Part shown: piece after piece, positions 1 to 7,322 of the stretch | How the letters are laid out: every line of letters begins with the position of its first letter | Numbering within the stretch: position 1 is the stretch's first letter | From: an uncultured Dehalococcoidia bacterium | GTDB taxonomy: Bacteria > Chloroflexota > Dehalococcoidia > Lucifugimonadales > UBA3495 | Assembly (NCBI GenBank): GCA_950072105.1 | Contig: CATMOE010000072.1 | Coordinates: 1-14,956 of the forward strand | Direction: 5' to 3' | Length of the DNA: 14,956 bases | Program-made: the position numbers and the translations under genes | Notes under the pieces: generated by a model | Told to the model about the DNA's origin: nothing | The model's database searches: none | The model's input: the letters and a program-made list of their open reading frames with translations, nothing else

Positions 1-44
1 CACCAGGAGTCCAAACCCACCACCACTCTCATGTTTTTCTCCCC

Positions 45-515
45 TTAAAAGTGTCCCATTATCCCTGAACGCCTACAGAGACTCATCCCTTCGCCGGCTT
101 CAACCCGGGCAAGATCTTCTAAGAACCCGGATATACTCATCTCGTCGTGTCCTGAATCGCCGCAAATTTCCCCTTGCGCCCGGCCTCCCCATACCCGTAC
201 CGAACCCTGATTGCGCACAGAATAATGTGCGGCGCTGGCCATCAACTTGATCGCATACTCCAAGGTAGTGTCCTTACCTTCCCCGTAGACGTGGGTCGTG
301 TCGTATAGCAGATCCAGTGTCGGGTCCTGGGCGTCTTCGAACTCCTTGACCATGAGGCGCCCCATCCGGGCCGTATTTCGCCAGTGGATATGGCGGCGGG
401 GGTCACCGGGGAAGTAGTGGCGGGATCCCATCGGGTCCTTGTCCACCGGTCCGTCGTGGAAGACCTGGGGTATAGCGATGTCACAGGGTACTGAAATTTG
501 ATCGGCCATTATCAA
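45..515 (-). pseudogene. DUF58-domain protein (MoxR-associated, vWA-like), truncated/probably degenerate
   Basis: Contains RHYFPGDPRRHIHWRNTARMGRLMVKEFED, matching the DUF58 signature (REYxPGDxxRxIHWxxxARxGxLMVKEFE), and the downstream LEYAIKLMASAA helix. Only 156 aa, without the long N-terminal region usual in this family. No MoxR gene lies upstream. The same frame continues after TAA (47-45) as GEKNMRVVVGLDSW to the window edge. Confidence 0.7.
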
Positions 516-553
516 TCATCTCCACTAACGGTTTTGAATGGATCCGGCGCGCT

Positions 554-606
554 CCCTCACCCTCAGGGGAAGGGTGGCCGAGACGGAATCGAGGCTGGGG
601 TGAGGG
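554..606. repeat. REP-like GC-rich palindrome (CCCTCACCC...GGGTGAGGG family) just after the M20 stop codon
   Basis: Perfect 9-bp inverted repeat: CCCTCACCC at 554-562 and GGGTGAGGG at 598-606. On the minus strand it reads CCCTCACCCCAGCC...CCCTTCCCCTGAGGGTGAGGG, resembling the widespread CCCTCACCC...CCCTCTCCC...GGGAGAGGG extragenic repeats. Confidence 0.6.
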
Positions 607-607
607 C

Positions 608-1966
608 CTACTTAGCGGCCAGCATATCGCAGGCCAGGCCGAGCATGATTTTGGTCCCGCTGACCAGGCTCTTGATACCGACCGACTCGTTGGTGCCGTG
701 GGTGAACGTGATCATGGGGTCGTCGTCAGGATGGGAGCCGGAAAATCCGTAGGTTACGATCCCCAATGGCCTGGTGAAGCGGGAGTCGGTGAACCCGTTG
801 CTGATGGCCGGTACCCATTGTATGTCGTCCGTTTCCAGGGCTTGTGCGGTCACCGACTGGATGCTTCGGGACAGCGCGGTGTCAAAGGGCGACGAGTTGG
901 GTTGGGCCATATAGTCGATCTCAAAATCGATACCGGGGATTCCCTCCAACACCTGTTCAACCTGCTCCCTCACGTATTTCTCGTCCTGATGGGGCAGAGT
1001 CCTCACGTCGCAGGTGAGCCTGATGGACTCCGGCACGCTGTTGGACTTTATACCGCCCCGAATCATGGTAGGGGTCAAAGTCATTCGGGAGAGGGCCTTG
1101 AGCAAGGAGGCAAAGCGCGGGTTTGTCGGCTCAACCTCGGCAATGATCTCTTCTATGTTAGATGGCGAAGGCCGGTGCTCGATGGCGAAGGTGGACAGGT
1201 GGTCGAAAAGGCCGGTAGAGGTGTCCAATTCCGGCTCGAATTGCTCGATGTTGCTCAATGCCCGGCTCAACCGGTACATGGCGTTGGTGCCTTGCCAGGG
1301 TACCGAGGCGTGAGAACTGACTCCCTTCACGTCAATCTCTATCTGAAGCCGGCCCTTTTCCCCCACGCCCAGAACGTAAGTAAGGGCGCCCGCTGTTTGG
1401 ATGGGCGCCCCGCCGCCCTCGTTGACCGCGAAGGGAGCCGCCAGCTTTTCCGGATGGTTCTCGGCCAGCCATCCGAAACCGTAACGCCCCCCATGCTCTT
1501 CATCCGCCCCCGACGCCAGGATCAAACTGTCATTCAGCTCTATGCCGTTCCGTTTCAACAAACGCATGGCCATCATTTGGGCGGTGAGCAACCCCTTGCA
1601 ATCCGACGCCCCCCTGCCGAAAACCCGGCCTTCGGCGATCGTCGCACTGAAAGGAGGGAACCGCCATTTGGATTCGTCTTCCACGGGCACCACGTCGGTG
1701 TGGGACATGAACATCAGCCCCGCTTTACCCGACCGGCCTTCCATGCGGGCGATCAAGTTGCCCCGGTCCGGGTCGCGGCCTAGAATCTCCGACTCAATGC
1801 CATCCTCGGCCAGCCAGTCCCTCGCGTACTCGGCCACGGCGGTCTCGTTTCCGGTGGGCATGGATCCGGTGTTTACCGAGGGAATCCGGACCAGGGCCTG
1901 TTCGAGCGCCAAAATGTCATCCAGCGCTGCGTCAACCTGGGCGTATAGATCCTTCATGTTTGGCAT
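608..1966 (-). CDS. M20/M25/M40 family metallohydrolase (ArgE/DapE/aminoacylase-like), 452 aa
   Basis: Metal and catalytic motifs in order: SHTDVVP, GRGASDCKG, ADEE, NEGG, SSHAS, GFTD and HGTNE. Start placed at ATG 1966 because AAGGAG (1979-1974) lies 7 nt upstream; the ORF-track start at 1993 lacks this. Confidence 0.92.
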   Translation of the reverse strand: MPNMKDLYAQVDAALDDILALEQALVRIPSVNTGSMPTGNETAVAEYARDWLAEDGIESEILGRDPDRGNLIARMEGRSGKAGLMFMSHTDVVPVEDESKWRFPPFSATIAEGRVFGRGASDCKGLLTAQMMAMRLLKRNGIELNDSLILASGADEEHGGRYGFGWLAENHPEKLAAPFAVNEGGGAPIQTAGALTYVLGVGEKGRLQIEIDVKGVSSHASVPWQGTNAMYRLSRALSNIEQFEPELDTSTGLFDHLSTFAIEHRPSPSNIEEIIAEVEPTNPRFASLLKALSRMTLTPTMIRGGIKSNSVPESIRLTCDVRTLPHQDEKYVREQVEQVLEGIPGIDFEIDYMAQPNSSPFDTALSRSIQSVTAQALETDDIQWVPAISNGFTDSRFTRPLGIVTYGFSGSHPDDDPMITFTHGTNESVGIKSLVSGTKIMLGLACDMLAAK

Positions 1967-2014
1967 GGTAAAGCTCCTTATTGGGGTTCCCAATGGCTCC
2001 TGCAGCCATCGGGG

Positions 2015-2043
2015 AGTGTAAACAGGCCCTTGTTCCCTGTCAA
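2015..2043 (-). promoter_or_regulatory. sigma70-type promoter for the M20 gene
   Basis: Minus strand TTGACA (2043-2038), 17-nt spacer, TACACT (2020-2015), about 50 nt upstream of the ATG at 1966. Confidence 0.7.
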
Positions 2044-2094
2044 CGGCATCGTTTAGGCGCTATCCACATTGTGGTAGGAAACGCTTAGGCAATG

Positions 2095-3351
2095 TCAATT
2101 ATCCGATGATCGAACGGCCGCAGGCGCCGTCTCTCGCCGGGGTGGCGAACTGGCTTTTAAGAACACCCCGGCGATGGAGACCGACAATGCGCCGAAGCTC
2201 ACAATAAAAAGGGAGAATCTAAGATCCCCGGTCGCTTCCTGCAGCAATCCGGTGACCAGCGGCCCCAAAGTCGTGCCGATGGAACTCATCATCATGATGA
2301 AAGCTATACCCATCGCCAACTCTCGGGGCCTTATACCCGGCAGGTGGAACGGGACCGAATAAAGAATGGGCCAGAACCCCCAGGCTATTCCGTTGATAAA
2401 CGTGAGAACGATCAACAGCGGGATGCTGCCTGTTAGCGTCATTCCGGCGAAGGAGGCTGCCATCAATGCGCCCAGAGCCAGCAGAATGGCATTGCCCCGG
2501 TTGGAGACCGTTACGGCCCAACCGAATCCCAATCCAGAGATACCGCCCATGAATATACCCAGAGCCAGAATGCTGCCCGACCAACGTAAGGACACCTGAT
2601 GGTCGTTCAGCATCATGGTTGGAAAGAAGCTCAAAAAAGCCGACCAAGCCGTGGTGGCCCCCACGAACCCCAAACCGCCGACCCACAGGTCCCGATGGCG
2701 GAGTGTCCCTCGTAAAATGCTGATGTCTTGGGAGGCGGCCAGGCGGCGAAAGTCTGTGGTTACCCGCTCCCGGCCAAAAGCAACCCACAGGATGGTCAAT
2801 ACGGCGAACAGGCCTCCGAAGAGGTTCAGTGTAGTTCGCCAATCGTCTCCCAACGCGCTCAAAATGAAGGGGGCCGCGGCCAATCCGCCCCCAACCACCA
2901 GACCGAACATGGCGTTTGAGATGCTGTTTACCAGAAGGACCTCCCGCTGCGGGAACCACTGTTGCATCAGAAATGCCCTGGCCGGCTGCCGGGCAATTAT
3001 TGTGGTTCCGAAGGCCAACCGGCCGATAAGGAGGACGGCGAACACAGGCGCCCAGCCTTGCATGAAAAGAAATACCGTACCAAGAAGCAGGGTGACGGTG
3101 GTCAGTATCTTGGGCCCATAGCGGGAAGTCCACCAGCTCAAGGGGATGGCCAAGACCAGGTTGCCCCAGAATGCCGCGGAGCCCAGCAACCCCTGTTGGG
3201 TGGGGGAAAGGTCCAGGTCTTCACTGATGGCTGGTAACAAGATCCCCAAGGTCGACAGGATCATGAATCCGGAGACGCTGGCGGTCAGCCAGACGCCCAT
3301 GACAACCCAGCGGTAAGCCGGAGCTTGGTCCGAGGTCTCAGTCATTACCAC
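2095..3351 (-). CDS. Major facilitator superfamily transporter, 418 aa
   Basis: About 12 hydrophobic segments in two bundles; degenerate motif A (SWWTSRYGPK), LLIGRLAFG, WFPQRE and GPLVTGLLQEATG. GTG start with GAGG 9 nt upstream; ATG at 3345 is an alternative start. Confidence 0.9.
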   Translation of the reverse strand: MVMTETSDQAPAYRWVVMGVWLTASVSGFMILSTLGILLPAISEDLDLSPTQQGLLGSAAFWGNLVLAIPLSWWTSRYGPKILTTVTLLLGTVFLFMQGWAPVFAVLLIGRLAFGTTIIARQPARAFLMQQWFPQREVLLVNSISNAMFGLVVGGGLAAAPFILSALGDDWRTTLNLFGGLFAVLTILWVAFGRERVTTDFRRLAASQDISILRGTLRHRDLWVGGLGFVGATTAWSAFLSFFPTMMLNDHQVSLRWSGSILALGIFMGGISGLGFGWAVTVSNRGNAILLALGALMAASFAGMTLTGSIPLLIVLTFINGIAWGFWPILYSVPFHLPGIRPRELAMGIAFIMMMSSIGTTLGPLVTGLLQEATGDLRFSLFIVSFGALSVSIAGVFLKASSPPRRETAPAAVRSSDN

Positions 3352-3666
3352 TTATGGGATCCTCTTAACTCTGGCAAGTACGCCCCTGGCCGCGCTTCAA
3401 TCTTTCGCTTTGCAAGAATACAGCACGGAGTCGTATCGAAGTATCCGCATTGTATAGTCCGAGGCAGTTTAGACGCACCTTGCTTTGACCGTCGATCGCT
3501 CTTAGCCGCCCGACTGGCACATCACCCCTTAGCCTGGTTTCGCCCAGTTTCCCTAAGATAATGTAATATACGACTTGGCTCCCTTGAGTACGGTTTATCT
3601 GGTGAATAAATTATCCCGGCTGCCGTCCCAGATTTTCGGGAAACTGCCGGATCTAGGAGTAAAGGT

Positions 3667-4659
3667 ATGAATTACAGGACTTTGGGCCGGACCGGGCTAG
3701 AGGTATCGGAGATCGGGTTTGGCTGCGGCAACGTGGGCGGACTTATGGTGAGGGGAGAGAATCGTGACCAGGTCAAGGCGGTGGCCCGCGCCATGGAGTT
3801 GGGCATCAACTACTTTGACACCGCTTCTCAATACGGTGACGGCCAGTCGGAAACCAACCTAGGCCGTGTTTTGAATGAACTGAACGCCCAGGTCTACGTT
3901 GGGACAAAATACCGCCTAACCGCCGATGACGACGCCGATATCAAAGCAGGAATTATCGCCTCGGTGGATGCCTCACTTGCTAGGATGGGGCGTGAGCACG
4001 TGAACCTGATTCAGCTTCACAACCGGTTGGCCCCCCAGCGGGACCTGGCAGGGGGAACATTGAGCGTTGAGGACGTGCTGGGTGAGGTGGTGGAGGCGAC
4101 CGAGACACTGAAGTCCCAGGGAAAGATCGATTTCTGGGGATTGACCGGGGTGGGTGTTCCCGAATCCCTGAATCGAGTCGTTGACTCGGGAGCTCTGTAC
4201 TCGATACAGACCGTTTACAATCTCATCAATGCATCTGCTGGGGCGGACGTAGTCCCCGGTTTCGACATGCCCGACTACAAGCGAATGATTGACAAGTCCA
4301 AAGCCGCGGGCATGGGTGTCATCGTTATCAGAGTATTGGCGGCTGGGGCTTTGAGCGGGGTGGCCGAGCGGGACCCGGTGGCGGTGCCCACGGTGGCGCC
4401 CATCGGGTCCGGACGGGATTATCAGCAGGACTTCGACAGGTCGGAAGGGTTCCGTTTCTTGGTCGATGAGGGTTTTGCCGACGATCTGGTGGAAGCGTCG
4501 GTGCGTTTTGCTCTGAGCAACACCGGGGTTTCCACTGTCCTGGTGGGTTACTCAAACTTGGACCACTTGGAACAGTCAGTCCGGTTTTCGGACAAAGGCC
4601 CTTTACCGTCAGAAGCATTGGACCGGTTGCCTCAGGTGTGGTCCCAATTCGTCGGGTAG
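3667..4659 (+). CDS. Aldo/keto reductase (NAD(P)H-dependent oxidoreductase), 330 aa
   Basis: MNYRTLGRTGLEVSEIGFG N-terminus; GINYFDTASQYGDGQSE (catalytic Asp and Tyr), GTK (Lys) and LIQLH (His) complete the AKR tetrad. AGGAG SD upstream of the ATG. Confidence 0.95.
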   Translation: MNYRTLGRTGLEVSEIGFGCGNVGGLMVRGENRDQVKAVARAMELGINYFDTASQYGDGQSETNLGRVLNELNAQVYVGTKYRLTADDDADIKAGIIASVDASLARMGREHVNLIQLHNRLAPQRDLAGGTLSVEDVLGEVVEATETLKSQGKIDFWGLTGVGVPESLNRVVDSGALYSIQTVYNLINASAGADVVPGFDMPDYKRMIDKSKAAGMGVIVIRVLAAGALSGVAERDPVAVPTVAPIGSGRDYQQDFDRSEGFRFLVDEGFADDLVEASVRFALSNTGVSTVLVGYSNLDHLEQSVRFSDKGPLPSEALDRLPQVWSQFVG

Positions 4660-4668
4660 ATCGAATCA

Positions 4669-4726
4669 GCCACAGAGACACGGAGAAACTAAATAATTTA
4701 ACTCTGTGTCTCTGTGTCTCTGTGGC
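4669..4726. repeat. REP-like palindrome built from 8-bp ACACAGAG/CTCTGTGT units
   Basis: GCCACAGAGACACGGAGA (4669-4686) pairs with TCTCTGTGTCTCTGTGGC (4709-4726), with one G-U pair. The right arm has three tandem CTCTGTGT/G units (4702-4725) and the loop is AT-rich. Confidence 0.8.
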
Positions 4727-4742
4727 AAAATCAGGATCAGCT

Positions 4743-5366
4743 ATGATAACTTCCCAATTGGTCACTATTCCGGCGCGCGGCGGCAAAGCGGCCTTCGTTG
4801 AGGCAGGCCAGAGGGTCTGGGTGATCAATACCCACGGGCAGCAGGTTGTGGATACCTGGGCGTTTCGCCGCGACGAATTGACGGAGTTCATGTCCATGGA
4901 GCATTCCAGGACGTTTCTGAGCCGAATCATGGCGCGGGTGGGCGACAGCATGGTCACCAATCACCGCCGGCCTATCCTGACCTTGGTGGAAGACACCACG
5001 GTGGAAGGCGACTCGGCGGGGATCCACGACACCCTATTGGCCGCTTGCGACCGGTATCGCTACGAGCTTTTGGGCTGTGAGGGTTATCACGACAACTGCA
5101 CCGATAATCTGGCGGCCGCCCTGGCCGAGTTGGGGTTGACGCCTCCGGAGACACCCAGTCCCTGGAATCTGTTCATGAACATACCGGTGGCGTCTGACGG
5201 AACTGTGTCTTTCCAGGCCCCGGTGTCCCGTCCGGGAGATTCCGTTACGCTGCGCGCCGAGATGGACTGCGTGGTAGCCTTCTCCGCCTGTCCCCAGGAC
5301 ATCGTCCCCATCAACGGCGTTGATTGCATCCCCACTGAGGCCCACTTCCAGATTCTTGAAGCCTAG
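4743..5366 (+). CDS. DUF1989 / urea carboxylase-associated family protein, 207 aa
   Basis: Motifs GQQVVDTWAF, HDTLLAACD, HDNCTDNL, PWNLFMN, SRPGDSVTLRAEMD and SACPQD (conserved metal-binding Cys residues). ATG 4743 has AGGA upstream. The longer ORF-track start at 4638 merely reads through the palindrome. Confidence 0.9.
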   Translation: MITSQLVTIPARGGKAAFVEAGQRVWVINTHGQQVVDTWAFRRDELTEFMSMEHSRTFLSRIMARVGDSMVTNHRRPILTLVEDTTVEGDSAGIHDTLLAACDRYRYELLGCEGYHDNCTDNLAAALAELGLTPPETPSPWNLFMNIPVASDGTVSFQAPVSRPGDSVTLRAEMDCVVAFSACPQDIVPINGVDCIPTEAHFQILEA

Positions 5367-5388
5367 GCTATAAGCTTGGTTACGTGAT

Positions 5389-7008
5389 TTAGCGTGACTG
5401 AGGTATCCGTTCGAAGGGCGAGGGCATCTTTCCCACCGGAATTTCGATCAGGGTCGGCGCTTCGATAGCCAATGCCTCTTTGATCGAAGATTCCAGCTCG
5501 TCGGGGCCGTTCGCTCTAACACCTCTGGCTCCGTAGGCCTCGGCGAGCTTCACAAAGTCGGGGTTGTGCAATTCGGCCCCGATCGTCCGGCCGGAGAACC
5601 GGTTCTCCTGGTCGCGCAGGACGTTGCCGTAGGCGTTGTCGTTGAAAACGACAACGACCGCGTTGATTCCGTGCTGGACCGCGGTAGCCAACTCCTGGGA
5701 GTTGAACAGAAAGCCGCCGTCCCCGGACAAAGCCACTACCGCCTTGTCCGGCTGGGCCACCTTGGCGCCCAGGGCCGTGGGGTAGGCGTAACCCAGATTG
5801 CCGAAGTAGGATGACGTAAGGAAGGAGCGAGGCTCATAAACCGGGAAATAGGCCCGGCTGTAATACCCCAACTGGGTCATGCCGGAAATCAGGATGCCGT
5901 CTTCGGGCATCGCGGCGCGGACCGAGGCGATCAGGGAGTCCTGGGGTTCGACCCTGATGGCGGATTCGGCCCTGGTTTCCTTTAATCTGTTGATCCCCTC
6001 TCTGTTCTCGGGACGGGCTGGCGCCGCCGCCGACAGGGCGTTGTACAACCCTTCTAGGGAATCACGGGCGTCGCCCTGGATGCCCATCGTATTTTCGTAG
6101 TTCCGTCCCAGTTCCTCTGGGTCGATGTCTATCTGGATCACCCGCTGCCCGTTGAGGTAATGGGGTGTCGCTATCCTAGTGCCTACGGCAAGAATCACGT
6201 CGTGGCCGTACTGGGATTCGCCTAAAGGGTCGTCCCGCAATCTGAGGGCGCCCAGGGCAAGATGGTGATGGTCCGAGATAGCGCCCTTGCCTTCGGCGGT
6301 CGTAATCACTGGGGCTTGTAGATGTTCCGCGACCTTTAACAGGGCGTCGGACGCGCCCGACGAAATGACTCCGCCACCGGCCCAGATCAAGGGCGCGGTG
6401 GCCTGGCTCAGAACTTGAGCCGCCTCCTGCAACTGCTGGGCGCTGCCCACCGGCCGAGGATATTCCTCTGGTTCCAGCAGTTCCACGTTCCCCATCTCTG
6501 CCAGGGTCTCGGGCGGTATCTCGATCTCCACCGGCCTGGGCCGGCCTGTCTTCAGATTGAAAAAGGCTTCATGTACTGCCTCGGGGACCTCCGCCGGGTC
6601 CAAGATCCGCTTAGTCCACTTGGTGATGGGCTTGATGCAGTCTATCTGGTCGTCTACCTCATGGAGCATCCCCCGATTAACGCCGATCAGGTCCCGTTCT
6701 ATCTGCCCGGAAAGGACCAGGATGGGAGAAGACGCCGAGTAGGCGGTACCGATGGCCGCGGCGGCATTCAAAAGCCCGGGGCCGGGGACCATTAGAGCCG
6801 TGCCTATTCCGCCGCCGGCCCGGGAAAAGCCGTCCGCCATATAGGCAGTGGCTTGCTCGTGGCGCGTGGTTATGAACCGGATGCCGGGCTCATCGTACAG
6901 AGCGTCCATGGCGTGATACAACTGCACTCCGGGCAACCCAAAGATGACGCGTATTCCCTCTCGATAGAGAGACTTCATCAGCGCTTGTCCACCGGTCATT
7001 TCGGTCAT
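5389..7008 (-). CDS. Thiamine diphosphate-dependent enzyme (acetolactate synthase large subunit-like family), 539 aa
   Basis: IFGLPG, RHEQATAYMADGFSR (catalytic Glu), GPGLLN, GRPRPVEIEIP and the ThDP motif GDGGF...VVFNDNAYG. SD AAGGGG at 7020-7015. No ilvN/ilvH subunit is nearby, so it is probably a catabolic paralog. Confidence 0.93.
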   Translation of the reverse strand: MTEMTGGQALMKSLYREGIRVIFGLPGVQLYHAMDALYDEPGIRFITTRHEQATAYMADGFSRAGGGIGTALMVPGPGLLNAAAAIGTAYSASSPILVLSGQIERDLIGVNRGMLHEVDDQIDCIKPITKWTKRILDPAEVPEAVHEAFFNLKTGRPRPVEIEIPPETLAEMGNVELLEPEEYPRPVGSAQQLQEAAQVLSQATAPLIWAGGGVISSGASDALLKVAEHLQAPVITTAEGKGAISDHHHLALGALRLRDDPLGESQYGHDVILAVGTRIATPHYLNGQRVIQIDIDPEELGRNYENTMGIQGDARDSLEGLYNALSAAAPARPENREGINRLKETRAESAIRVEPQDSLIASVRAAMPEDGILISGMTQLGYYSRAYFPVYEPRSFLTSSYFGNLGYAYPTALGAKVAQPDKAVVALSGDGGFLFNSQELATAVQHGINAVVVVFNDNAYGNVLRDQENRFSGRTIGAELHNPDFVKLAEAYGARGVRANGPDELESSIKEALAIEAPTLIEIPVGKMPSPFERIPQSR

Positions 7009-7061
7009 TAATTACCCCTTTTGTCCACACACGAGATTAGGCGAGAGCGTAAGCCCGCCCT

Positions 7062-7070
7062 ATTCTAACA
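7062..7070 (-). promoter_or_regulatory. Extended -10 promoter candidate for the ThDP enzyme
   Basis: Minus strand TG-T-TAGAAT (7070-7062), about 55 nt upstream of the ATG. Confidence 0.5.
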
Positions 7071-7200
7071 CCGGGCCGGTGATTCCTCACCGGGTATATG
7101 CGCATTCTGGACCCAGGTCTCTTCGCTGGCTTCATCCCTTGTTGGCCGGTATGCAGCGCAAACGGTCTGGGTGTATCAGGGTTCTGAGCCTACAAAGGCT

Positions 7201-7229
7201 TTGACTTGCCAGCGGCAAACATGTAGCAT
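7201..7229 (+). promoter_or_regulatory. sigma70-type promoter candidate for the PEPCK-like gene
   Basis: TTGACT (7201-7206), 17-nt spacer, TAGCAT (7224-7229); an overlapping CATAAT lies at 7227-7232. Confidence 0.5.
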
Positions 7230-7322
7230 AATTCCGCCGCGTCGGGCTTACATAACTGGTGAGTAGCGACACGGCTGAATACGTGTGGATTGAGTAGGGG
7301 GATTCCCATTGGATAAGTCATC

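Noticed and set aside
698..1783. 361-aa + strand ORF (and the smaller ORFs 498-752, 1014-1313, 1542-2021)
   Set aside because: Antisense shadows of the well-supported M20 gene, with no recognisable motifs; such ORFs are expected in GC-rich DNA.
2219..3133. 304-aa alternate-frame ORF within the MFS gene
   Set aside because: Arg/Pro/Gly-rich off-frame translation fully nested in a clear MFS CDS.
4702..4725. Tandem 8-mers as a possible CRISPR or VNTR
   Set aside because: Only three units, no spacers and no cas genes; part of a hairpin.
4638..4742. N-terminal extension of the DUF1989 ORF (SHRDTEK...LCLCVSVA)
   Set aside because: This is the translation of the palindromic repeat and overlaps the AKR gene; ATG 4743 has its own SD.
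4328..4960. 210-aa minus-strand ORF
   Set aside because: Antisense to AKR and DUF1989 and crosses the repeat; no motifs.
5389..7008. Calling this gene ilvB/ilvI
   Set aside because: Family motifs are present, but there is no regulatory subunit or ilv operon context; specificity cannot be assigned.
7009..7322. TPP riboswitch or small ORFs (7190-7459, 7248-7478) upstream of the ThDP enzyme
   Set aside because: No CTGAGA or other TPP-aptamer consensus seen. The small ORFs are antisense to the PEPCK-like gene and its promoter.
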